Part shown: positions 38,634-49,462 of the stretch, piece by piece | How the letters are laid out: each line of letters starts with the position of its first letter | Position numbering within the stretch: position 1 is the first letter of the stretch | From: an uncultured bacterium | Lineage (GTDB): Bacteria > Chloroflexota > UBA5177 > JANWHV01 | Direction of reading: 5' to 3' | DNA length: 64,000 nucleotides | Assembly: GCA_963729625.1 (NCBI GenBank) | Contig: CAVSOU010000011.1 | Location: forward strand, 288,001 to 352,000 | Program-made: the position numbers and the translations under genes | The notes under the pieces: model-generated | Seen by the model: only the letters and a program-made list of their open reading frames with translations | Told to the model about the DNA's origin: nothing | The model's database searches: none

Positions 38634-39501
38634 AGATACGGCTGTCGCGCCGGCTGCCCGGCTCGCGCACTACGACTACAAGAGCGGGAACAAACCGACC
38701 TGGTGCCCTGGCTGCGGCGACTTCGGCGTGCTCAGCGCGCTGTACGCTGCCCTCCGCCAGACAGGGCGTCATCCAAAGGATATCGTGTCCGTATCCGGCA
38801 TCGGCTGTTCGAGCCGACTGCCGTTCCTCGTTACGAGCTATGGCTTTCATGGTGTCCACGGCCGCGCCATTCCTATTGCCACCGGGCTCAAGACGGCCAA
38901 TCCCGAGCTTACCGTGCTGGTGTTCGGCGGTGACGGCGATGCGTTCGCCATCGGGGGCGACCATTTCATGCACGCTTGTCGCCGGGATGTGGACATCACC
39001 TACGTTGTCATGGACAATTCCACATACGGCCTGACAAAGGGACAGGCCTCACCAACCAGCCGCAGGGGCTACGTTACCAAGACGACGCCCTCCGGTGTAG
39101 CCGAGACGCCAATCAATCCATTGGCGCTGGCCATGGTGTGCGGCGCAACCTACGTCGCCCAGGGAATCTCGGCCCGACCAAAGGATCTCACTGACCTGAT
39201 CGTTCAGGGTGTGGCACACAAGGGGTTCGCGTTTATCGAAGCGCTCAGCCCATGCCCTACGTTCAACAAGCTTGACACGCACGTGTACTACAAAGACAAC
39301 TCGATCGACGTGCCGCCCGATCACGACCCGTCCGACCTGGCGTCTGCGTTGCGTTTGGCCAGTTCCGGCGAGCAGATCTACACAGGGTTGATCTACCAGC
39401 GCCCGACCCCAGTATTCGGGTCGAACCATCGAGAGCTGCTTGCCACGGGCGTTCAACGGCGCGAAGACGCGTTAGGCCGGCTCTTCACTCGATTCAGCTG
39501 A
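38626..39501 (+). CDS. 2-oxoacid:ferredoxin oxidoreductase, beta subunit
   Basis: WCPGCGD, SGIGCSSR, HGRA, GGDGD, DN..YGLTKGQ, SPC. Confidence 0.93.
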   Translation: MLEDTAVAPAARLAHYDYKSGNKPTWCPGCGDFGVLSALYAALRQTGRHPKDIVSVSGIGCSSRLPFLVTSYGFHGVHGRAIPIATGLKTANPELTVLVFGGDGDAFAIGGDHFMHACRRDVDITYVVMDNSTYGLTKGQASPTSRRGYVTKTTPSGVAETPINPLALAMVCGATYVAQGISARPKDLTDLIVQGVAHKGFAFIEALSPCPTFNKLDTHVYYKDNSIDVPPDHDPSDLASALRLASSGEQIYTGLIYQRPTPVFGSNHRELLATGVQRREDALGRLFTRFS

Positions 39502-39593
39502 GTCCGCCCTGGCCACCTGCGGCTGGCGACGTTCCGACATGTTGTGACGCGGCACCATTGGCAGTCACGGGCCGCCGTCTCCTTCCCGCGCCC

Positions 39594-39839
39594 TTACGAT
39601 GCCGCAGCATGGGATCCGCCTGACTTCTTGTTCTTGATCAGGGCATTGATCGGGTTGCAGCACGCAAGCCGGAACAAGATGAGAGGCAACGCCACGATGG
39701 CAGGCTTCGACTTCAGGCAGTTGATGGCGTACTGCGAACACGTTGGGACGTAAAGGCAGTTCACGCGCCGTTGAGCAAGCGATGGGGAGACCTTGAGCTG
39801 ATACCACTGAATCAGGTCGACGAGCCGTCTGTTGAGCAT
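39594..39839 (-). CDS. YidD-like membrane protein insertion efficiency factor
   Basis: LIQWYQLKVSP..NCLYVPTCSQYA..RLACCNP matches the YidD pattern; GGAGG lies upstream of ATG 39839. Confidence 0.65.
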   Translation of the reverse strand: MLNRRLVDLIQWYQLKVSPSLAQRRVNCLYVPTCSQYAINCLKSKPAIVALPLILFRLACCNPINALIKNKKSGGSHAAAS

Positions 39840-40545
39840 CCCCAGTGCGCCTCCATCACGCGTTCTGGCCCTGGCCAGAGGTGATTCCAGCCCCATTCCG
39901 GAAATGAGCGTTGCTGCCAGGCCGCACAGAGCCGGCAGCCATGTCTTCAACGTAGCAATATCTCACAGAGTACAGTGCACCGAGGCTTGCGCATGTGGCA
40001 CGAGTTTCTGGATAGCACCGTGCTAAGGTTCGGCGATCTGCCCGAGTGAAATGCGTATCGTGTCGCTCGTGGTCATCGCTTGCTGCCACTCCCTCGCATG
40101 ATTGGCCCCCGGCTCGGCACCGCGCCACTCGAACCGTGATTCTTCCAAGAGACACCTGCAGTGACTCCAATTGTCCAGCGTCCGGCCAATCCGACGACCG
40201 CTGGCACCCGAGATGCTCGCACCCGCGACCGGCTTGTGCGCCGTGCCACTGGCCAAAATACCCAGCCAGCATACGACGGCACCGATGCCTGCAGGCCCTA
40301 ACCAAATCTAGCAGGCCGCAGCACCGAAGCGCGCTTGCCGGTTGAAGCAATACCAAGAGGTCGCGACATCGACCGATAACGTGAAAGAAATGGCTGAGAA
40401 TTCTCCGGCGAGCGTGGTGGCACGTCATTTCGCATTCGTAGCACGCTGTTCCGCGTCCTGGCTCGGAGCTAGAATATGAATGGATGATGAATTCCAGCGT
40501 GCTGGCGGCCTGCGAGAACAGCGAGATTGCAAACACGGAGCCCAC

Positions 40546-42273
40546 ATGCTTCAGCAAGGCAGGAGCCGGTCAAGCTCGACGGCGAACGTCCTGGCCATTC
40601 TCTTGGCGCTCGCAGGCATTATCGACATCGTCTCGGCTCTTACGCCGGCGATTCACCCGCGTCTGATCCTCATTGAGGAGATGGTCGGCACGCCGACTAT
40701 CCGCCTGAGCCAGACCGCCATCGTGCTGACAGGAATATTGGCGGTCATGCTTGCCCAGTCGTTGGCGAGGCGGAATCGTCGCGCGGCGAGCTTGGCGATG
40801 ATGGCATTGCTCGCGTCGGCGGTCCTGAACATCCTCAAAGGCATCGACTACGAAGAAGCGTCGTTCTGCCTGTTCGTAGCGTGGTTGTTGTGGCGCGCTC
40901 GCAAGGAGTTCGTCGTGCCGGGATTACCAATATCATGGCGCGTTGCCGTCACCCGGGCGCTCTGGTTTGCCGGCTTGTGTGTAGTCTACGCCGAGACCGG
41001 GGCGCTGCTCTTGGGCCATCAGGTGCGTGTGCTGATGACACTTGGACCTTCGTCTCACCCGGTGCCATATCTGGTGGCGGCCTTCGTCGGTCTTTGGACC
41101 GACTCTCCTACCGTAAAGTACACGGGAGCTCGAGGTCCGTGGTTTCACCATACCTTGTACGCGCTTGCCTTTGTAGGGGTGATCTACATGGCAGTGCACT
41201 TGTTGCGCCCGCTTATCCAAGCCGCGTCGGCGACGGCGGACGAGCGCGTGCGGGCGAACAGACTGCTCGACCGCTATGGCGCCGACGCCCTGTGTTACTT
41301 CCACATGAGGGGCGACCGCTCGTACATTTTTGCACCTGGGGGGCAGGGATTCGTATCTTACGTGGTGCGTGGGGATATAGCCCTGCTCGGCGGCGATCCG
41401 GTTGCCGCCCCGGGAAGCGTGCGGCCGTTGATCGAACATGCCCTGGATGTGTTCGCTTCAAATGGTCTGAAGGCCTGCGTGGTAGGCGCTTCTGCGGGGG
41501 CCATGGCGCACTATCGCGCCTTGGGGATGCACGCACTCAAGATTGGCGAGGAGGCGACGATCGATCTGCCAAGCTTCGACGTGCGGATGCTCGCCAAGCG
41601 CGTTCGTCGTGCGGCGCGCGCGATCGCGGCGCGGGGCATTGAAATACGCTTCAGCACTATGGCGAGTCTCGAAACGGATCTTGTGCTGCAATGCGCGGCG
41701 GTTTCGAGGGCGTGGCTGGGCGCTCACGGTGGAGTAGAGCAGGGTTTCTCGATGACGAGCGGCAGCCTCCCAGGACGCAACGATGGTTGCCATCAGTTGG
41801 CCCTGGCCGTGGTTCCTGGACGAGCGGACGAGTCGGATCGCCTGATCGGGTTCCTGACGTTGGCGCCTGTCCCCGCCTCCAACAGCTTGTCGCTCGATCA
41901 CATGCGGCGGCTGCCTGATGCCCCGAACGGCCTCATGGAAGCGCTTATCATTTCTAGTGCCGAGCATTTCAAGGATGCTGGGTATGCGTGGCTCAGTTTG
42001 AATTTCGCCACGCTCTGCGACAAGGAGCGCCCTGAGGGCGAAGGTGCGGCGATCCGAGCGGCGCGATCCGCCCTGTTCGAAGGTGCGCGCCACTTGCCGC
42101 TGCGATCCCTCTATGACTTCAACAAGAAGTTCAACCCCTCGTGGTCCTGCCGATACTGGCTCTATGAGAATCGGCTCGGCCTGGTTTCAAGCGCCGTGGC
42201 CACAGTTCGCGCCGAGGTATCCACGCCAGCCCTGCTGCCGGGCCCGCTGGCGACTGTCTTGCGCCAACGCTGA
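40546..42273 (+). CDS. LysX/MprF-like aminoacyl-phosphatidylglycerol synthase (TM region plus DUF2156)
   Basis: TM helices with NILKGIDYEE; YFHMRGDRSY, GGDPV, KIGEEA, EQGFSM, LDHMRR..APNGLME, SLNFA, FNKKFNPSW. Confidence 0.82.
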   Translation: MLQQGRSRSSSTANVLAILLALAGIIDIVSALTPAIHPRLILIEEMVGTPTIRLSQTAIVLTGILAVMLAQSLARRNRRAASLAMMALLASAVLNILKGIDYEEASFCLFVAWLLWRARKEFVVPGLPISWRVAVTRALWFAGLCVVYAETGALLLGHQVRVLMTLGPSSHPVPYLVAAFVGLWTDSPTVKYTGARGPWFHHTLYALAFVGVIYMAVHLLRPLIQAASATADERVRANRLLDRYGADALCYFHMRGDRSYIFAPGGQGFVSYVVRGDIALLGGDPVAAPGSVRPLIEHALDVFASNGLKACVVGASAGAMAHYRALGMHALKIGEEATIDLPSFDVRMLAKRVRRAARAIAARGIEIRFSTMASLETDLVLQCAAVSRAWLGAHGGVEQGFSMTSGSLPGRNDGCHQLALAVVPGRADESDRLIGFLTLAPVPASNSLSLDHMRRLPDAPNGLMEALIISSAEHFKDAGYAWLSLNFATLCDKERPEGEGAAIRAARSALFEGARHLPLRSLYDFNKKFNPSWSCRYWLYENRLGLVSSAVATVRAEVSTPALLPGPLATVLRQR

Positions 42274-42356
42274 CGTCCTGGCACCTGCGAAGTTGCGGTA
42301 GAATTCCACCTGGAATCGCCCGCGATTGTAACGCAAACTCCTGGACAAGTGTTCAC

Positions 42357-43256
42357 ATGAACCGCATTTGGGACAACGACATCGAAATAGCTGAAATACA
42401 ATCCCTGCCTGCGCTGGCGGAGTGGCAGGCGGTTGAGGCGCTTGTGTGGTCAGGCTCTGAATCCGAGATACTGCATACCGGCTTGCTCATCACGCTCCAA
42501 CGCTACGGCGGCCTGCTCCTCAGCGCCCGAGACCAATCTGGAAAGATGATTGGAGTCCTGTTGGGCTTTCCTGGACTCAAGAACGGCGAGCTCGTTCACT
42601 GTTCGCATTTGCTCGGCATGCTGCCTGAGTGGCGCAGCAAGCACGTTGGATACGGAATGAAGCTGAGGCAACGCGAGTTCGTGCTGAACCAGGGCCTGGA
42701 CGTGGTCGTGTGGACGTTCGATCCTCTTGAGTCGCGGAACGCACATCTGAATGTGGGGTACCTGGGCGCGATTGCGCATCAGTACAGCCCAAACCTCTAC
42801 GGCAGTATGAACGACGCTTTCAATCACAGCATGGAGTCAGATCGATTGACGGCTGCCTGGTACATCCGGCACTCCCGAGTCGAGGCGCGGCTGGCCGGTG
42901 CGCGGCCGGCGCCCCTGGCACGAGATCTGCTGGCGTCGGGCCTGCCGTTGGTCACGCGCTGCGAAGCGGGAGTGCTGGCGGCCGCTCAGGAGCCGTACGC
43001 ACGGCTGGTCGACACCGTGCTCGGTGCGGATTCCGCGGCGATGCTTCTCGAAGTGCCTTCGAATTTTCAGGCGATCAAGCGATTTGCCGACGCGGACGCA
43101 CGTGCATGGCGGTATGGCACACGGTCGGTCTTCACCGATTTGTTTGATCGCGGCTATGCCGTGTTGGACTTCGCGGTTGACGTCCGGCCCGGCGAGCTGA
43201 CTCGCTGTTACTATGTGGTTGGCCGGCTGGAGTCGTTTTGGCATGATCCGGCGTGA
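42357..43256 (+). CDS. GNAT acyltransferase, D-amino-acid N-succinyltransferase-like
   Basis: HCSHLLGMLPEWR, K..QR, WTFDPLESRNAHLN, NLYG, ESDRL..W; directly upstream of NSAR. Confidence 0.75.
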   Translation: MNRIWDNDIEIAEIQSLPALAEWQAVEALVWSGSESEILHTGLLITLQRYGGLLLSARDQSGKMIGVLLGFPGLKNGELVHCSHLLGMLPEWRSKHVGYGMKLRQREFVLNQGLDVVVWTFDPLESRNAHLNVGYLGAIAHQYSPNLYGSMNDAFNHSMESDRLTAAWYIRHSRVEARLAGARPAPLARDLLASGLPLVTRCEAGVLAAAQEPYARLVDTVLGADSAAMLLEVPSNFQAIKRFADADARAWRYGTRSVFTDLFDRGYAVLDFAVDVRPGELTRCYYVVGRLESFWHDPA

Positions 43257-43271
43257 GAGTGGAGCCGATTG

Positions 43272-44390
43272 ATGTATCTCGAGGAAGTGGAAGTCTTCTA
43301 CGTCACGATGCCCTTGGTCACACCGTTCACGACCAGCTTTGGCACCCAGGTCGAAAGGCCTTGTTTGCTCGTGCGTCTCGCCGGTGGAGGCGTCGAAGGA
43401 TGGGGCGAGTGCGTGGCTGGAGACGGACCGTGGTATTCCTATGAAACCGTCGAGACTGCGTGGCACGTCATCAAGGCATTCGTCGTGCCCGAGCTGGTGG
43501 GCCGCGACGTGGCAGACGCGGCGGATCTCTGGGTGCGGCTGGCGCGAATCCGCGGGCATCGCATGGCAATCGCGGCAGTCGAGCAGGCCTTCTGGGATCT
43601 CTTGGCTCATGCGGAAGCAAAGCCGCTGGCCGAAGTCCTCGGCGGCACGCGCTCCGAGACGCCGAGCGGTGTCAGCATCGGGATCAAGGAGACGCCGGAG
43701 AAGCTGGTAGAAAGCGTCAGGTTGCACGTCGAACAGGGCTACCGGCGCATCAAGCTCAAGATCGCGCCTGGCCGCGATCTGCAATTCGTGGCGGCGGTTC
43801 GCGAGCGGTTTCCAGACATCCTGCTCAGCGTGGACGCCAACTCGGCCTATACGTTGGCGGACGCCGGCCACCTCGGCGAGCTGGACCGGTTCGGCCTGCT
43901 GATGATCGAGCAGCCGCTGGGCGACGACGATATAGTCGATCATGCCGACCTCCAGCGGCAGCTGCGCACCGCGATTTGTCTGGACGAGGCCATCTGCAGT
44001 CCGGAAGACGCTCGGCACGCCATCGCCCTGGGAAGTTGCCGCATCATCAACATCAAGCCGGGTCGTGTTGGCGGCCTGCTGCGTAGCCGGCAGATCCACG
44101 ACATCTGCCAGGCGTCCGGAGTGCCCGTGTGGTGTGGAGGAATGCTGGAAACCAACGTCGGTCGGGCGACCAATGTCTGCCTGGCCAGTCTGCCGGGCTT
44201 CACATTGCCCAGCGACATTTCGGCGAGCGCACGGTACTTCCATGAGGATATTGCCGGTCCGTCGTTTGTGCTCCAGCCCAACGGCACGATGAAGGTACGT
44301 ACCGAGCCCGGCATCGGCGTGGACGTCGATCGCGCGGCGCTTGCGCGCGTAACGCAGCGGAGCCAGTCGTTTTCCAGCACGCGGGCATAG
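43272..44390 (+). CDS. menC: o-succinylbenzoate synthase / N-succinylamino acid racemase (NSAR/OSBS subfamily)
   Basis: PFTTSFG, GVSIGI, RIKLKI, DANSAY, IEQPL, CLDE, INIKPGRVGG, WCGGMLE. Confidence 0.88.
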   Translation: MYLEEVEVFYVTMPLVTPFTTSFGTQVERPCLLVRLAGGGVEGWGECVAGDGPWYSYETVETAWHVIKAFVVPELVGRDVADAADLWVRLARIRGHRMAIAAVEQAFWDLLAHAEAKPLAEVLGGTRSETPSGVSIGIKETPEKLVESVRLHVEQGYRRIKLKIAPGRDLQFVAAVRERFPDILLSVDANSAYTLADAGHLGELDRFGLLMIEQPLGDDDIVDHADLQRQLRTAICLDEAICSPEDARHAIALGSCRIINIKPGRVGGLLRSRQIHDICQASGVPVWCGGMLETNVGRATNVCLASLPGFTLPSDISASARYFHEDIAGPSFVLQPNGTMKVRTEPGIGVDVDRAALARVTQRSQSFSSTRA

Positions 44391-44415
44391 AGCGGCCGGC
44401 TGACGACTGAATAGC

Positions 44416-44964
44416 ATGCACGCAGATCTGGAATCCGCACTTGCAGAGCTCGATCCGCCGGCAAGGACGCTAAAGGTGCTGAAACCGTCGTACCTCGATC
44501 CGGGTGATTGGCGGCCGCGAGGGGCGCGCGCGCCTGCCGGATGGCAGTCCTTGCGAGGGGACGTGCTGCAACGCGACGGAGGCTGCGTGTATTGTGGCCA
44601 GGGCGAGGGGGCTGACAGGCACGCCAGGCTGGAGGTCAACCACCTCAACGGCTATCGAGACAATCGCCTGGAGGCGCTCGAGACCGTGTGCGTGCTCTGC
44701 CATCGGGTTCTTCATGGCGGTCGCAGCGCGGCCGTTTACGGTAGTTTGCTGCTCTATCAAGAGGCTGGCTGCGATCAGAATACGCTTATCCGGCTCTGCT
44801 GGATGCTCAGGACCAGACACCACAAGCGGGATCGCGAGCTGATGAGCCTGCTAGGGCTGAAGGACAAGGTGCCGTTCCGTATGGATCGTGCCTACCTGGC
44901 AGGTCTTAGTGGCTACGTGGTCGAGCGTTTCTGGTTGCTGGAAAGCGGGGGAGGCCAAGGCTAA
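44416..44964 (+). CDS. HNH-like zinc-binding protein
   Basis: VLQRDGGCVYCG..LEVNHLNG..N..LETVCVLCH. Confidence 0.7.
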   Translation: MHADLESALAELDPPARTLKVLKPSYLDPGDWRPRGARAPAGWQSLRGDVLQRDGGCVYCGQGEGADRHARLEVNHLNGYRDNRLEALETVCVLCHRVLHGGRSAAVYGSLLLYQEAGCDQNTLIRLCWMLRTRHHKRDRELMSLLGLKDKVPFRMDRAYLAGLSGYVVERFWLLESGGGQG

Positions 44965-45068
44965 CTGCCAGGAGCGCCGAGGCAATACGGTTCCAGACGG
45001 TGGCGCGCGAACGCCTAGGTGTCGCAACTTTGCCGGCGCCTCGCGGCTGCATGAGTTGTCGATCGCCA

Positions 45069-45464
45069 TCACTCTACCGCGATTCTGACGAATGAATCTC
45101 CATCGTGCACTTCAAGCAGTGTGTTCTCCCCATCTTCCACCTGCAGGCCTTCCAAGATTGCCTCGATGCTGATTTCCCGCTCTTCCAGGTACGTTTGCGC
45201 CTGGCGCGGAATGAATCGGCCGGCAGCGCGAGCCAGAGCCAGGGGAATCCGCACGTTTACCTTCGTCTTATCGCCTTCAATGATCTCGATGGATAAGTGC
45301 CGCTTGGTTGCCGACCGGGCCGCCGTGGCGAGCGCTGGCGGCGCCGGAGGCGGTGAAGACTTTCGCTGGTGCTCGAGTGCGGCGAGGAGGTCGCCGGCCT
45401 CAGCAGGCGTGATCGTGCCTTCGGCCACCATGCGCAAAATGCGCGCTTGCTCGTCGTCGCCCAT
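45069..45464 (-). CDS. SHOCT-like N-terminal domain protein
   Basis: EQARILRMVAEGTITPAEAGDLLAAL, KVNVRIPL; GAGGAG RBS. Confidence 0.75.
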   Translation of the reverse strand: MGDDEQARILRMVAEGTITPAEAGDLLAALEHQRKSSPPPAPPALATAARSATKRHLSIEIIEGDKTKVNVRIPLALARAAGRFIPRQAQTYLEEREISIEAILEGLQVEDGENTLLEVHDGDSFVRIAVE

Positions 45465-45536
45465 TAGCAGAATCTCCTCGCGCTATAGCAGAGTGCGGTA
45501 CCGAACCCGCGAGCAACGCGCCGCAAGTTCTCAACT

Positions 45537-45565
45537 ATTATCTAGTCTGTATATAAGAATGTCAA
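45537..45565 (-). promoter_or_regulatory. Near-consensus sigma70 promoter
   Basis: TTGACA-N17-GATAAT on the minus strand, upstream of 45464. Confidence 0.65.
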
Positions 45566-45921
45566 TACTCTATCACAAATATTAAACTCATCTATGGGCC
45601 CGATGCGCGAGTGGCGTGCTGCGCACCGCGAACGGACAGACGCCAGCGGTCGCCAAGGCTCGCGTTCTAATCCATGGGGGCACAGAGGGGAGTGATGTCG
45701 CACGAGCCAGGCGGTTCTGCACATAACGACTGAAACTCTATCTCTTGGTTGAAAGAGTTTAGGTAGGGGTTCTAATCGTTATGTGTAGGCCTGGGTTTCG
45801 CGTGTTGGCGCCAACTTGCTCGTCCGCATGTACAATGCCGTGAGGCGACCTCTGTGCTGCCTGCCCCGCCCAGCCGGACTGGACTGAAGCCCGGGTGACT
45901 CACCGTTCGGGAGAGTGCTCA

Positions 45922-46526
45922 ATGGCAGACGAACGCCTGAAACGGCAGATCGAGTTCATCGTAGAGATAGACCAACTCAAAAGCGTGCTCCGACGCACCA
46001 CGATCATGAGCGGATCACGGCAAGAGAACAGCGCGGAGCATTCATGGCACCTCGCGCTCATGGCCCTGACGCTCTCCGAATATGCCGACGATTCGATCGA
46101 CATCGGCCGCGTGCTCCGGCTGGTCTTGCTCCACGACATCGTGGAGGTTGACGCAGGAGATACCTTCTGCTATGACGAGGCAGCCGCGCTCAGCCAGGCC
46201 GAACGCGAGCACCGAGCAGCGCTAGCGTGTCTTCGGCCTGCTGCCGGACGATCAGGCAGGCGCGTTACGCGAACTCTGGTACGAATTCGAAGCGGGGGAG
46301 TCTGCCGAAGCGCGCTTTGCCGTTGCACTCGACCGGCTGCAACCCCTTCTCTGCAACATGGAGAGCAAGGGCGGTTCGTGGGCTAAGTACGGGATCAGCG
46401 CCGACCAGGCACGCACGCGTATGGCCCCAATTGCCCGAAGCTCCGAGCGACTTGCAGACCTTTGCTCGCACGCTCATCGACGAGGCAATTGCTCGCGGCT
46501 TCCTGAAAGAGCCGCAGAACACCTAA
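45922..46526 (+). pseudogene. HD-domain hydrolase with two apparent +1 frameshifts (~46223, ~46460)
   Basis: IDQLK..LR, ENSAEHSWH, LLHDIVE; the next frame gives RVFGLLP..LWYEFE..EARFAVALDRLQP, and a third frame gives FARTLIDEAIARGFL. Confidence 0.8.
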
Positions 46527-46838
46527 CTCTGCTCCGCCGGAGACGCGTCGACGTACTTTCGTTCGCCAGTTGCTGGATTGTATTGCACTTCGACGAGGCG
46601 CTTCGTGGTCGGGATCCACGAAGCGCTCACCGGTCAGTTCCCAGTGCCCTGGGCCTCGCCCCAGGCGAGGCTGATAGTAGCTGCGCTCGAAGATCACGCC
46701 CCGGTAATCAATGAAGCCGTTCACTCCCAGATACGCGATAGCTACCCAGTGCGAACCTCTCAGCATCAGTAACTCGGCGCCGAGCAGCATGACCACCCCG
46801 TAGACAGCAACGACGATCCGGAGCACGATGCCGGTCAC
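46523..46838 (-). pseudogene. Small membrane protein with at least one frameshift (~46611)
   Basis: GTGA-coupled to ybjQ; hydrophobic N-terminus, IFERSYY..WELTGERFVDP, then a shifted frame TTKRLVEVQYNPATGERKYV. Confidence 0.55.
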
Positions 46839-47176
46839 CCTTCGATCTGGACGATGACTGCAGTACCAAACGCGCATACTTCAGTCATTGTCTTACCGCT
46901 GGCACACGAGTCAAAGCACATCATCGTCACAGCGTTTGCGCCGCGCGCCTGAGCGTTGGCGACCATGCGATCGATTGCTTGACGGCGCGTATCCTCCAGA
47001 AGTCGCGTGTACTCGGTTATCTCGCCCCCGCCCAGCGAGCGCAGGCCGGCAACAACGTTTCCGCCGAGTCCACGGCTGCGTACTACGACACCGGCAACCT
47101 CACCCAGAATCTCCGCCGTGCCGTAGCCCACTATCTTCCCGGTTGTCGTCACGATCATCAGCGCCTCCGTCGACAC
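46835..47176 (-). CDS. YbjQ/UPF0145 family protein
   Basis: LGEVAGVVVRSR, LRSLGGGEITEYTRLL..R..A..RM..A...GANAV, AFGTAV. Confidence 0.85.
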   Translation of the reverse strand: MSTEALMIVTTTGKIVGYGTAEILGEVAGVVVRSRGLGGNVVAGLRSLGGGEITEYTRLLEDTRRQAIDRMVANAQARGANAVTMMCFDSCASGKTMTEVCAFGTAVIVQIEG

Positions 47177-47411
47177 GTGTCATCTCGAATGATACGGCAC
47201 TGGAGAAGGAACATGCCGACACAACCGGCTCTTCCCGCGATCAACGGCTTCTCGATCGGGCGTGGTGCTGCCGGTTGGGGGTATACTGACGCGAAACCAG
47301 CGGATACATGGGCGCCATGGCCTGCCGTCGCTTGCGCGCTCATTCGGCCCGTTCCCAGTCGGCCGTGCGCGCCCCAGCGCGCTTTGGCCGCGACCTCAAG
47401 GAGATCCACCC

Positions 47412-49442
47412 ATGAGCAACCGATTGGCCTTCGAGAGCAGCCCATACCTTCTCCAGCACAAGGACAATCCCGTGGATTGGTATCCCTGGGGCGACGAGGC
47501 CCTTGCGCGCGCCAAGGCCGAAGACAAACCCATTCTGTTGAGCATCGGCTACTCGGCCTGTCATTGGTGCCATGTGATGGAGCGCGAGTCCTTCGAGGAC
47601 GATGAGACAGCCGCACTCATGAACCGGCTCTTCATTCCGATCAAGGTAGATCGCGAGGAACGCCCAGACCTCGACATGATCTACATGGAAGCGGTTCAGC
47701 GGCTCACCGGGCATGGGGGCTGGCCCATGACAGTATTCCTCACACCGGATACGCGGCCCTTCTACGGGGGGACGTATTACCCGCCAGAGCCGCGCCACGG
47801 CATGCCGGCATTCAGGACGGTGCTAACAGCTATTGCCGAGACCTATCGGTCTCGGAGAGGCGAGGTCGAAGAGGGCGCCGCGGAGTTCCTCGGAAACCTC
47901 GGCACGCACATTCCTGTACCGGACACCCTCGAGCTGAGCACAGATCTGGTGCTGCATGCGGCAATAGCCATGAGCGCGCGGTACGACAATCGCTACGGTG
48001 GCTTTGGCACTTCGCCCAAGTTCCCCCAGCCCATGGTACTGGAGCTGCTCCTTCGCGCGCACACCATCGGCGTACCGCAGGCCCTGGCAATGGCCCGAAA
48101 CACCCTGGACCAGATGTCGCGCGGCGGTATGTACGATCATCTTGGCGGCGGGTTCCATCGCTATAGCGTTGACGAGCGGTGGCTTGTGCCTCACTTCGAG
48201 AAAATGCTCTACGACAATGCCCAGCTGGCTCGCCTGTACACCATGGGGTTTACCCTCACCGAGGACCCATCGTATCGCCGCACCGCGAAGGAGACTCTGC
48301 GCTACCTGCTGCGAGAGATGCGTTCGCCGGAAGGTGGATTCTACTCCACACAAGACGCCGATAGTGAGGGCCACGAAGGGAGGTTCTTCCTTTGGCACGC
48401 CGATGAGATTCGGGGACTGCTGGGAGACGATGCGCGTCTCTTCATGCGTGTGTACGGGGTGACACCTCGCGGCAACTTCGAAGGCAGCACTATCCTCCAC
48501 CTGGCGCGACCGATCGCGGACATGGCCGCCGACTCCGCCGAGTCCCCGGAGGCGATGGACGTACAAATCGCGCAGTGTCGCCGCACACTTTTCGAAGCGA
48601 GAGAGAAGCGAGTACATCCTCACCGCGACGACAAAGTGCTCACGGCCTGGAACGGCCTGATGCTCCGCGCGCTCGCGGACGCCGCCGCGGCTTTCGGAGA
48701 CCCGCTGTACCGCGACGCGGCAGAGACAAACGCGGGCTTCGTCCTTACGGCTTTAAAGCACAATGGTCGCCTCCTCCGCAGTTACCGAGACGGCAAAGCG
48801 AAGATCAACGCATTTCTCGACGATTACGCCTTCCTAGCGGATGGGCTGCTCGCGCTCTATGAAACAACCGGCACCCACCAGTGGCTGACTGAGGCAATCT
48901 TGCTGGCACACATCATGATCGATCGCTTCGCCGATCCGGACGGCGGGCCTTTCTTCAGCACGGCAGACGACGACGCACAGCTTGTGAGCCGGCCGCGCGA
49001 GATTGTCGACAACGCGGTCCCAAGCGGTAACTCAGTGGCGGCCGAGGTGATGCTTCGTCTGGCCGTTCACACGGGTGATAGCGCTTACCGCGAGCAAGCG
49101 CTGCGCGCCATCGCGCCGCTGCAACACGCCGCGCTGCAACAGCCACTTGCATTCGGCAGGATTCTGTGCGCGGCGGACATGGCCACCGCCCCACAGCGGG
49201 AGCTGGCAATCGTCGGCGAGTCAGACGATCCGGACGTGCGCGCACTGCTGCGAGTCGCTCAACGGCGATTCGATCCGAATCTTGTGATTGGTATTGCAGC
49301 CCCCGAACACGCCGCGCTCAGCCGCTCGCCGTTGTTTCTCGGTAGAGAGCAGCGCGACGGCCGGGCAACCGCGTACCTTTGCCGTCACTACACCTGCCTG
49401 GCGCCCGTGACTGCTCCAAACGAGCTAGCCCAGATCCTCTAG
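47412..49442 (+). CDS. YyaL/SPATA20-like thioredoxin (DUF255) plus six-hairpin domain protein
   Basis: [55 protein letters not shown]. Confidence 0.93.
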   Translation: MSNRLAFESSPYLLQHKDNPVDWYPWGDEALARAKAEDKPILLSIGYSACHWCHVMERESFEDDETAALMNRLFIPIKVDREERPDLDMIYMEAVQRLTGHGGWPMTVFLTPDTRPFYGGTYYPPEPRHGMPAFRTVLTAIAETYRSRRGEVEEGAAEFLGNLGTHIPVPDTLELSTDLVLHAAIAMSARYDNRYGGFGTSPKFPQPMVLELLLRAHTIGVPQALAMARNTLDQMSRGGMYDHLGGGFHRYSVDERWLVPHFEKMLYDNAQLARLYTMGFTLTEDPSYRRTAKETLRYLLREMRSPEGGFYSTQDADSEGHEGRFFLWHADEIRGLLGDDARLFMRVYGVTPRGNFEGSTILHLARPIADMAADSAESPEAMDVQIAQCRRTLFEAREKRVHPHRDDKVLTAWNGLMLRALADAAAAFGDPLYRDAAETNAGFVLTALKHNGRLLRSYRDGKAKINAFLDDYAFLADGLLALYETTGTHQWLTEAILLAHIMIDRFADPDGGPFFSTADDDAQLVSRPREIVDNAVPSGNSVAAEVMLRLAVHTGDSAYREQALRAIAPLQHAALQQPLAFGRILCAADMATAPQRELAIVGESDDPDVRALLRVAQRRFDPNLVIGIAAPEHAALSRSPLFLGREQRDGRATAYLCRHYTCLAPVTAPNELAQIL

Positions 49443-49462
49443 CGCTTCCTGCGAACACGCAT

